This document shows, piece after piece, positions 19,019-26,430 of a stretch of 51,451 nucleotides of DNA (position 1 is its first letter; every line of letters begins with the position of its first letter). The position numbers and the translations under genes are program-made. The notes beneath the pieces are model-generated. The model worked only from the letters and a program-made list of their open reading frames with translations. It was not told the DNA's origin and did not search any database. The DNA lies in the NCBI GenBank assembly GCA_964526325.1, contig CAZGKM010000009.1, positions 1-51,451 of the forward strand. Reading direction: 5' to 3'. The DNA comes from an uncultured Gammaproteobacteria bacterium. GTDB lineage: Bacteria > Patescibacteriota > Patescibacteriia > Patescibacteriales > GWC2-42-12.

Positions 19019-20050
19019 TTAGTTAATGCCTAATTTTATCTTGGCATTTTTTAATGTCTCTTCGGCTATTGGCCTGATTTTATCCGCGCCGTCTTTTAGA
19101 ATTCGCCTAACTTCATCATCCGTAAAACTATTATATTTAATTTGAAATTCAATTAAAAAGTTCTTTACAACTTCGGCCAAATCTTTTTTAAATTCGCCAT
19201 ACTTGCCCGCCGAAGCCTTAACGAAGGCGGAGCCTTTATCTTGATAATTTTTTTCCAGCTCTTTAACGCCGGTGCCGGATAACAAGGAAAAAATAGTTAA
19301 CAAGTTGGCAATTGCCGGTTTTTTCTTCGCATCATATTTTATTTCCGAGCCGGAATCCGTAACCGCGCGCATAATTTTTTTAGCCGCTACTTCCGGCGCG
19401 TCGGTTAAAGCGATATAATTAGCTGATGAGCTCGCGCTTTTGCTCATTTTTTTTGCCGGGTCGTCTAGCCCCATAATGCGCGCGCCCTGTTTTCTGACCG
19501 CCACTTCGGGAATTTTAAAAACCTGCCCGTATTCGCGATTGAATCTCTGGGCTAAGGTTCTACAAAGTTCCACATGCTGAACCTGGTCATCGCCGACCGG
19601 CACGGCGTCGGTATTATAAAGTAAAATGTCCGCGGCCATTAGAACCGGATAATCAAAAAGACCAGCGCTAACCGATTCTTTATTGACTCCTTTTTCTTTA
19701 AACTGCGTCATTTTATTTAAATCCGCCATGCGCGCGGCCGCGCAATTTAAAATCCAAGCTAATTCCGTATGTGCGGTTATATCCGACTGCTGAAAAATTA
19801 CAGCCTTCTCCGGATTAATGCCGGACGCTAAATAAGTTTTTACCACATCAATAATGCGGCGAGATAATTCTTTGGGTTCCTGCTTGACTGTGATGGCATG
19901 ATAATCCACTACACAGAAAATACAGTTATATTGATTCTGCATTTCCACCCATTGCGATAGCGCGCCGAGATAATTGCCTAAATGTAAAACACCCGAAGGT
20001 TGAACTCCGGAAAATACGGTTTTTTTATTATTGTTAGTCATTAAATCCAT
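19019..20050 (-). CDS. trpS: Tryptophan--tRNA ligase
   Basis: SGVQPSGVLHLGNYLG (HIGH-type motif), KMSKS, 343 aa. Confidence 0.93.
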   Translation of the reverse strand: MDLMTNNNKKTVFSGVQPSGVLHLGNYLGALSQWVEMQNQYNCIFCVVDYHAITVKQEPKELSRRIIDVVKTYLASGINPEKAVIFQQSDITAHTELAWILNCAAARMADLNKMTQFKEKGVNKESVSAGLFDYPVLMAADILLYNTDAVPVGDDQVQHVELCRTLAQRFNREYGQVFKIPEVAVRKQGARIMGLDDPAKKMSKSASSSANYIALTDAPEVAAKKIMRAVTDSGSEIKYDAKKKPAIANLLTIFSLLSGTGVKELEKNYQDKGSAFVKASAGKYGEFKKDLAEVVKNFLIEFQIKYNSFTDDEVRRILKDGADKIRPIAEETLKNAKIKLGIN

Positions 20051-20123
20051 GCATTTATTCTATATTTATTTTACTCCTCTGGCAAGGGGGTAAGTTTAGT
20101 TACCAGCGAGCATTTTCATTTTA

Positions 20124-20306
20124 ATGCGAGCCTAGAAAATTTAGTGGAATTTTTAGGCGAAAGCGAGGTTAGATAATTTATCTGTTTGAGCCGTATAGGT
20201 GAGTTATAAATTATCCCAAGCGTAGCCTAAAAACTCCCTTAATTTTCTCCAGCGAGCGACTTTTTGGTTCTTTTTCTAGAAAAAGAACCCCGAGCGGAGC
20301 GGAAAT
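20124..20306. mobile_element. Family B MITE-like element, copy 2
   Basis: GCGAGCCTAGAAAATTTAG ... CTGTTTGAGCCGTATAGGTGAGTT ... TTTTCTCCAGCGAGCGA ... CCCGAGCGGAGCGGAAA, collinear with 11556-11738. Confidence 0.75.
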
Positions 20307-20367
20307 ACTTAAATGGTAAAACTGCCAAACAAAAATAAAAAATATTCAAATGTTTTACTAAAAAACC

Positions 20368-20434
20368 AGAGATTGCTTCGCTGCGCTCGCAATGACAATA
20401 CAAATTCTGGATTCTCGCTTTCGCAGAAATGACA
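20368..20434 (-). repeat. Two tandem solo arms of family A/A2 repeats
   Basis: Minus strand reads TTGTCATTTCTGCGAAAGCGAGAATCCAG followed by TTGTCATTGCGAGCGCAGCGAAGCAATCTCT. Confidence 0.65.
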
Positions 20435-20467
20435 AAAAGAGGGGCGGAAAAATCCGCCCCTATTTTT
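20434..20467 (-). terminator. Intrinsic terminator after trpB2
   Basis: AGGGGCGGA/TCCGCCCCT stem followed by CTTTTT on the minus strand; abuts the stop codon. Confidence 0.8.
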
Positions 20468-21759
20468 TACATCTTCCCTTCTAAATAATTCCCATACGAC
20501 CCCATATCAAAATGCCCATGGCCGGACAAATTAAATAAAATAACTTTTTCCTCTCCGGACAAACGGCATTTTTCCGCTTCATCAAAAACTGCCTTGATGG
20601 CATGCGCTGATTCCGGCGCCGGAATGATTCCCTGATTGCGGGCGAATTTTACCGCCGCGTCAAAAATATCTTTTTGCTCGTACGCCACGGCTTCAATCAA
20701 ACCTTCGTCTTTTAACAAGCTGACGATCGGCGCCGCGCCATGATAGCGCAAGCCGCCAGCGTGAATCGGCGACGGAACAAATTCGTAGCCCATAGTATAC
20801 ATTTTTATGAGCGGCGTTAATCCAACCGTGTCGCCGAAATCATATTTATACTCGCCTTTAGTTAAACTCGGGCAGGAAGCCGGTTCGGCCGCTAAAACCC
20901 GCAAATTTTTCTTTTGGCCTTTTAGCTTATCGCGTAAAAACGGAAAGGCAATGCCGGCTAAATTACTGCCGCCGCCATGGCAGCCGATAATTATATCCGG
21001 ATAATCCCCGGCGATTTCCATCTGCTTCATAGCTTCTTGACCGATGATGGTCTGATGGTGCAAAACATGATTTAAGACCGAGCCTAAAGCGTATTTAGCG
21101 TCATCATGCTTGCCAGCGTCTTCAACCGCTTCGGCGATAGCCATGCCTAAACTGCCGTGAGTATCTGGATTTTTCTTTAATATTTTTTTTCCGACCTCGG
21201 TTAAATTGGACGGACTGGAAATACACTCGGCGCCGTAAATTTTCATTATTGTTTTGCGGTAAGGCTTCTGCTCATAACTTATTTTAACCATATAAACGGT
21301 TAAGGCCAAGCCAAAATAATTGCAGGCAAAACCTAAGGCCGAGCCCCACTGTCCAGCGCCGGTTTCAGTGGTTAATCTTTTAACACCGGCCTCTTTATTA
21401 TAATAAGCTTGGGCTAGAGCCGTATTTAATTTATGGCTGCCCACCGGGCTGGCGCCTTCATATTTATAATAAATCTTGGCCGGAGTTTTTAACTCTTTTT
21501 CCAAACGAGCCGCCCTGATTAACGGGCTGGGGCGATAAAGCATATAAGCCTTTCTGACTTCTTCTGGTATTTCTATCATATTTTCGCCAGACATCTCCTG
21601 CTTAATTAATTCTTCGGGAAATAACGGCGCCAAATCTTCCGGCTTTATCGGTTTTTTAGTTCCTGGATGAAGCGGCGGATCCAGCGGCCTGGGCAGATCC
21701 GGAGTTATATTATAGTAATGCGTCGGCGCATCTTTTTGATCTAAGAATATTATTGGCAT
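20467..21759 (-). CDS. trpB: TrpB2-type tryptophan synthase beta-like PLP enzyme
   Basis: [19 protein letters not shown]-terminus typical of TrpB2, GSHKLNTA (PLP Lys), GGGSN. Start set at Met22 (cat 21757-21759). Confidence 0.85.
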   Translation of the reverse strand: MPIIFLDQKDAPTHYYNITPDLPRPLDPPLHPGTKKPIKPEDLAPLFPEELIKQEMSGENMIEIPEEVRKAYMLYRPSPLIRAARLEKELKTPAKIYYKYEGASPVGSHKLNTALAQAYYNKEAGVKRLTTETGAGQWGSALGFACNYFGLALTVYMVKISYEQKPYRKTIMKIYGAECISSPSNLTEVGKKILKKNPDTHGSLGMAIAEAVEDAGKHDDAKYALGSVLNHVLHHQTIIGQEAMKQMEIAGDYPDIIIGCHGGGSNLAGIAFPFLRDKLKGQKKNLRVLAAEPASCPSLTKGEYKYDFGDTVGLTPLIKMYTMGYEFVPSPIHAGGLRYHGAAPIVSLLKDEGLIEAVAYEQKDIFDAAVKFARNQGIIPAPESAHAIKAVFDEAEKCRLSGEEKVILFNLSGHGHFDMGSYGNYLEGKM

Positions 21760-21857
21760 ATGTTTCTGATTAAAATTAATAATTAAAAACTCATAGTTAG
21801 TATTAACTTCGCCAGAATTCACTCGCTCTATTTTTATAAAAATATTTCATACTGTTA

Positions 21858-21961
21858 TTGTAATTGCGAGGAGCGCCAGCGACGAAGCAATCTCACGAAC
21901 TATTAACTTAACTAATTGTCCGTTAGATTGCTTCGCTCCTTTCAGTCGCTCGCAATGACAT
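21858..21961. mobile_element. Family A palindromic MITE/REP-like element (~105 nt)
   Basis: TTGTAATTGCGAGGAGCGCCAGCGACGAAGCAATCTCACG ... AGATTGCTTCGCTCC...GCTCGCAATGACA. Confidence 0.8.
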
Positions 21962-21998
21962 GTTTTAATTTTATATTAAATTCATTAATTTTAAGATT

Positions 21999-22031
21999 GG
22001 CGGGGGAACGAAACATAATTTCGTCCCCCGC
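21999..22031 (-). terminator. 13-bp GC-rich hairpin directly after the zinc-ribbon ORF (no clear U-tract)
   Basis: GGCGGGGGAACGAAAcataaTTTCGTCCCCCGC. Confidence 0.45.
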
Positions 22032-22039
22032 GCTTTGGT

Positions 22040-22210
22040 TCACTGCCAGCCGGCTCGGCCCGCTGAAAAAATAACTTGGCCATTACCGCCCTTACTTGCC
22101 TGCATAAGTACTTTTTTACATTCCGGGCATTCCAGTTTACTTTCGTTGCCCCAGCCGATCGCCATTTCCCTAATTACCATTTCAACTCCATGTTTTTGGC
22201 ATTTTTCCAT
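22040..22210 (-). CDS. 56-aa zinc-ribbon-like mini-protein (below the ORF-track cutoff)
   Basis: MEKCQKHGVEMVIREMAIGWGNESKLECPECKKVLMQASKGGNGQVIFSAGRAGWQ. SD aaagggaggg lies 8 nt upstream of ATG; a hairpin follows the stop. Confidence 0.6.
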   Translation of the reverse strand: MEKCQKHGVEMVIREMAIGWGNESKLECPECKKVLMQASKGGNGQVIFSAGRAGWQ

Positions 22211-22252
22211 TTAATAACCCTCCCTTTTTATAAAGATCATTTTAAGAAACAA

Positions 22253-22553
22253 AAAAGCTCCCCATCTCTTAAATATAGTAAAAACTATATCTAAGGGACG
22301 GAAAGCTTTCCGCGGTGCCACCCTAATTTTGATTTTGAAATAAACGGCAGATTAACAAAAAATCCGCCAGTAAAACGGATTTCAAAACCACTTTTACTGA
22401 CTCGTGCTTCGCGCTAAGCGAAAGACATCAGTTATCCTATGATTACGGAGGAAGCCGGATCAACACTAACGCATTGACCATCCATTATGCTTAAGCCCAA
22501 TCCCCGCGGATTAACGCGAGGACTCAAGCGGATTTTATAGTTGTTGAAGTTCT
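22253..22553 (-). promoter_or_regulatory. T-box riboswitch leader (candidate Trp-specific) with terminator/antiterminator
   Basis: Minus strand reads AAAATTAGGGTGGCACCGCGGAAAGCTTTCCGTCCCTTAG (T-box sequence plus the typical CGTCCCT), then a terminator hairpin and GAGCTTTTTTG. Short stem GCTTGAG..CTTAAGC with the internal loop AUUGGG. Confidence 0.75.
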
Positions 22554-22559
22554 GTATAC

Positions 22560-22587
22560 AGTATAACAGAAATAAAATATTTGTCAA
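22560..22587 (-). promoter_or_regulatory. Sigma70-like promoter TTGACA-16-TATACT driving the T-box leader
   Basis: Minus strand: TTGACA at 22587-22582 and TATACT at 22565-22560. Confidence 0.6.
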
Positions 22588-22655
22588 AAGCCCGCCCGCT
22601 TGCCCATCGCCGAATTTTGCGCCAGCGAAACTGGCGCGCTACCCGTATGTAATCA

Positions 22656-23096
22656 TTATTTTACCAAATTTTCTGTTCGTTTATAAAAAAAGTCAAATGT
22701 AATTTCTATTACATATAAAAAAATAAAAAACAAAGTTATATATTTCAAATTGATGCTCAAAAAATTATACAGAAATTTATTATTAATAATAATTATTGAT
22801 TTGATGTTATAAAAAAATAAATAAAATTGGGTACCGAAAAATAAAATTAAATATATTAATCCAACAAAAATATTGTCAGTGATTTTTCGCCACCTTGCTC
22901 TTAATTTTTCAATCTTATAGTGTGCCTTTCCATATTCTTCCCAAACTTTATGACCCTCAATTGAATTTAATATTTCTTTCTTTTTGATTTCTTTCAAATG
23001 GGTAAATATTCTATATGAATTGGCAACCCGTACTTGATTTTGACGCCACAATAAAATTAATGAAGGCATAAAATTTATTAAAAAAATGCCAAGCAA
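22656..23096 (-). CDS. Hypothetical membrane protein in a very AT-rich segment (TTG start in the track; first ATG at 23069)
   Basis: ORF with hydrophobic stretches; low-complexity, Ile/Phe/Lys/Asn-rich; no motif. Confidence 0.35.
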   Translation of the reverse strand: MLGIFLINFMPSLILLWRQNQVRVANSYRIFTHLKEIKKKEILNSIEGHKVWEEYGKAHYKIEKLRARWRKITDNIFVGLIYLILFFGTQFYLFFYNIKSIIIINNKFLYNFLSINLKYITLFFIFLYVIEITFDFFYKRTENLVK

Positions 23097-23343
23097 AATA
23101 TTTTTATAATAATCATCAGTTACTATAGTAAATAACTTTAAAAATAAAACTTGAACAATCTAATAATAAAACCAGTAAATATTTTTTAACCAAATATTTT
23201 TTGTCCAACTACTTAATAAAAAAATCAATATTAATATAAAAATGATTGAAAAAAAACTCAAGCAAAGAATGATTATTGATAAATTTTATAATAAAAAACT
23301 GTACATAAGAATCGCGTTTGTACTATTTTGTTAATTTAAAAAT

Positions 23344-24432
23344 TTATGTCAACTCCTGATTCGCATCCGCTTTTAACTTCTGCCAAGGCGTAAATTTTTT
23401 CCTTTTAGCGTTAAAGTATCCGGCCGCGGCAATCATAGCAGCGTTATCCGTGCAATACTTAAAGTCGGGAATTAATAATTTCGCGCCGGTCAATTTTTCT
23501 CTAACCGCGCTTTCCAGCCGGCTGCGCAATTCTTTATTGGCCGCCACGCCGCCGGACAGCATAATATTCTGGCAGCCATATTTTATGGCCGCTTTAACGG
23601 TTTTATGGACCAGCACTTCAGCCACGGCTAGCTGAAATTCATAAGCATATTCAGAAATTTTCTTTTTCCAATTTTTATCTCTTTGCACTCCATATAATAA
23701 CGCGGTCTTAAGTCCGGAAAAGGAAAAATTGAAATCACCGGAATTTATCATTGGCCGAGGCAGAGTAATTTTTAACTTTTCACTTTTAACTTTTAACTTT
23801 GCCGCCTCGGAGGCAATTGCCGGTCCGCCGGGGTAGCCTAAACCTAAAAGTTGGGCCGCTTTATCAAAAGCTTCTCCGGCCGCATCGTCACGCGTCTGGC
23901 CTAAAACTTTATATTTACCGTGTCCGCTCATCAGTATCAGCATGGTATGCCCGCCGGAAACGGTTAAAATAAGCGCTGGAAATTTTATTTTATTTTTGAC
24001 ATTTGTCATTTGACATTTGTCATTGCTAATTGGCTCCAGCCAATTAGCGTAGATATGCCCTTCAATGTGATTAACCGCCACAACAGGAATGCGCCAGGCA
24101 TAAGCTAAAGTCTTAGCCGTTTCCACTCCAACCAGTAAAGAAGTTATAAGGCCAGGCCCGACCGTAACCGCAATCGCATCGAGCTTATTGGCCCCTCTTG
24201 CAAAGGAGGGATGGGGGGTTAAACCCGCTTTCTCTATCGCTTCATTAACCACCGGCAAAATATTTAAAACATGCTCTCGCGCCGCTACCTCCGGCACTAC
24301 GCCGCCGTATTTTTTATGTATCTCGATTTGCGACGAAACAATATTTGACAATACCTTAACTTTTCCGCCGTTGCCTTTAACTACCGAAACGGCAGTTTCA
24401 TCGCAAGATGTTTCTACTCCTAATATAATCAT
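23344..24432 (-). CDS. tsaD: tRNA N6-adenosine threonylcarbamoyltransferase
   Basis: ILGVETSCDET, GPGL, NHIEGH, VSGGHT, DDAAGEAFDK, LPRPM..FSFSGLKT, CTDNAAMIA. Confidence 0.93.
   Translation of the reverse strand: MIILGVETSCDETAVSVVKGNGGKVKVLSNIVSSQIEIHKKYGGVVPEVAAREHVLNILPVVNEAIEKAGLTPHPSFARGANKLDAIAVTVGPGLITSLLVGVETAKTLAYAWRIPVVAVNHIEGHIYANWLEPISNDKCQMTNVKNKIKFPALILTVSGGHTMLILMSGHGKYKVLGQTRDDAAGEAFDKAAQLLGLGYPGGPAIASEAAKLKVKSEKLKITLPRPMINSGDFNFSFSGLKTALLYGVQRDKNWKKKISEYAYEFQLAVAEVLVHKTVKAAIKYGCQNIMLSGGVAANKELRSRLESAVREKLTGAKLLIPDFKYCTDNAAMIAAAGYFNAKRKKFTPWQKLKADANQELT
24190..24220 (+). repeat. Family C G5/C5 hairpin repeat inserted in frame in tsaD
   Basis: GGCCCCTCTTGCAAAGGAGGGATGGGGGGTT encodes TPHPSFARGA on the minus strand. 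Confidence 0.7.
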
Positions 24433-24441
24433 AAAATTTAA

Positions 24442-26421
24442 TTATTTCGTTAAAAACTTATAAATTCCATCCCAATCGTCTGCCGGCGGATTGGCGATAA
24501 ATTCCCTTGACCTGTCCAGATAAATCTTACTGCTCAAATCATCCGGATTATTTTTAACCAATTCGCTAAAAACTTCCAAGGCTTCATTGAAATATCGCTT
24601 AAAATATAAATTTGTCCCTTGATTAAATTTTTCAATATAATTCTTAATTTCACCGCTAATTTCATCTTTAACGCAAACCAATTCATAAATCTCTACCGCT
24701 TCTTTTTTACCTTTAACCGCCACTCTGTCCAAAAACCGATAAATAAATTTTTCTCCGGCTTTAATTTTCGTAAACTGGCTGATCAAAATTTTAACTCCGT
24801 ATTGCTTGGTTAAACTTTCCAGTCTTGACGCCAGATTGACGCTATCGCCCATGATCGTATAATCAAATCTTTTATCCGACCCCATATTGCCTATAACCGC
24901 TTCGCCGGTATTAAGGCCAATGCCAATATTTACTTCAACATCATATTGTTTCCGCCACTCGGGCTGTTTAGCTTTAAGCTTCTTTATCATCTCTAAAGAA
25001 GCGAGGCAAGCGATCTCCGCGTGCCTGCCTTCGTCTATCGGCGCCCCCCAAAAAGCCATAATCGCATCTCCGATATATTTATCGATTACTCCGCTCAATT
25101 CCATAATAGTATCGGTCATAGCAGTCAAATAATTATTTAATAAGGCAACCAAATCTTCGGGAGAAAGTTTTTCCGAAATTGTGGTAAAGCCGCGTACATC
25201 GGAAAAAAGAATTGTCAACTCTTTTTTCTGGCCGCCCAATTTTAATTTTTCCGGATTAGCGGTTATCTCGTCAATAATTTCCTGGGAGACGTATCGGCTG
25301 AAAGTATTTTGGATAAACTTTTTCTCTTTAGCCGTAAAAAAATATTTCATCACTACTAGAGATAAATAAGAAAAAATTACTACGACAATAAAATAAAAAA
25401 TGTCCAGTACAAATCCGCGGTCAAATAAAATTATCGCGGCAACAAGATAAGCGAAAACCGATATTAACGCGAATACTGCGCTAAGCCTTATCTTGCCAAA
25501 ACATATCGTTAAGCCCAATAACATCGGTACGATTAAAAAAATTAATATTTGATAAAAATTCTTTAGCGGCTTTAAAAAATTCTGAGAAATAATGGTTTTA
25601 ACCGCGTTGGCATGAATTTCCACGCCGCTCATTAATACGCCGCTGGAGGTTGGTACTAGCTGCTCATCATGCAAATCCGGGGCGGTTGCCCCGATTAGTA
25701 TAATTTTATCCTTAATTTGCTCCGAAGTTGCATTTCCGCTCAGAATATCGGCCGCCGAAATTACTGAAAAATTTTTTGGCCCGCCGGTAAAATTGATAAT
25801 CATTTTGCCGTTTTTGTCGGTTGGTATTTGCACTATTGATTTGCCTGATTGCGCTAAATAGCGATTGGCGATCAAATTGGCAAAAGATATCTCGGCTTGG
25901 CCTTCCTGATTATAAATTATCACCGGTAATTTTCTGAAAACTCCGTCCTGATCCGGCGGAGTATTGGTTATGCCCAGGCCGGCAGCGGCGCTTTTTAAAG
26001 ACTCGATCGGCAATAATAAATTATTAACTTTTAATTTATTCTTATTTATGCTTAAATCGGCTTCTTTCGGTAAAATAACATTTCCGGCTTTTTTAACGGC
26101 TTCAGCCAATAAAGCATCCGAATCTTCGCTTGATTTTTCCGGAAAATTTACGTCATAACCGATTACCGCCGGCTGAAGCTGGCCTATTTTTTCAATTAAA
26201 TTAGCGTGAATTTTACGATCCCATGGCCAGCGGCCGATTTTTTGCAGACTATCATTATCAATAGCTATAATAACAATTTCCGAACCGGCCTCGCGCGTAA
26301 AAAATAGCCGGTCGGTAAATTTCAAGCGCCAAGTATTAAAAAATCCTGCCACAAAAAGCAGGGATAATAAAAAACTGGCAACCAGGCCGGCTAAAATAAT
26401 TTTTAAAAAATCTTTTTTCAT
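24442..26421 (-). CDS. CHASE2 sensor-domain class III adenylate/guanylate cyclase
   Basis: N-terminal TM, periplasmic CHASE2-like region, 3 TM segments, then LTILFSDVRGFTTISE...GDAIMAFWG...GLNTGEAVIGNMG...DYTIMGDSVNLASRLE. Confidence 0.88.
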   Translation of the reverse strand: MKKDFLKIILAGLVASFLLSLLFVAGFFNTWRLKFTDRLFFTREAGSEIVIIAIDNDSLQKIGRWPWDRKIHANLIEKIGQLQPAVIGYDVNFPEKSSEDSDALLAEAVKKAGNVILPKEADLSINKNKLKVNNLLLPIESLKSAAAGLGITNTPPDQDGVFRKLPVIIYNQEGQAEISFANLIANRYLAQSGKSIVQIPTDKNGKMIINFTGGPKNFSVISAADILSGNATSEQIKDKIILIGATAPDLHDEQLVPTSSGVLMSGVEIHANAVKTIISQNFLKPLKNFYQILIFLIVPMLLGLTICFGKIRLSAVFALISVFAYLVAAIILFDRGFVLDIFYFIVVVIFSYLSLVVMKYFFTAKEKKFIQNTFSRYVSQEIIDEITANPEKLKLGGQKKELTILFSDVRGFTTISEKLSPEDLVALLNNYLTAMTDTIMELSGVIDKYIGDAIMAFWGAPIDEGRHAEIACLASLEMIKKLKAKQPEWRKQYDVEVNIGIGLNTGEAVIGNMGSDKRFDYTIMGDSVNLASRLESLTKQYGVKILISQFTKIKAGEKFIYRFLDRVAVKGKKEAVEIYELVCVKDEISGEIKNYIEKFNQGTNLYFKRYFNEALEVFSELVKNNPDDLSSKIYLDRSREFIANPPADDWDGIYKFLTK

Positions 26422-26430
26422 TTAATTAAA

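Noticed and set aside
23997-24023. CRISPR-like or tandem array signals (TGACATTTGTCAT x2; TTTTAACTTT repeats; family A copies)
   Set aside because: Only two tandem units occur inside a CDS, and the dispersed palindromic copies have no regular spacer architecture or cas genes. These are not CRISPR arrays.
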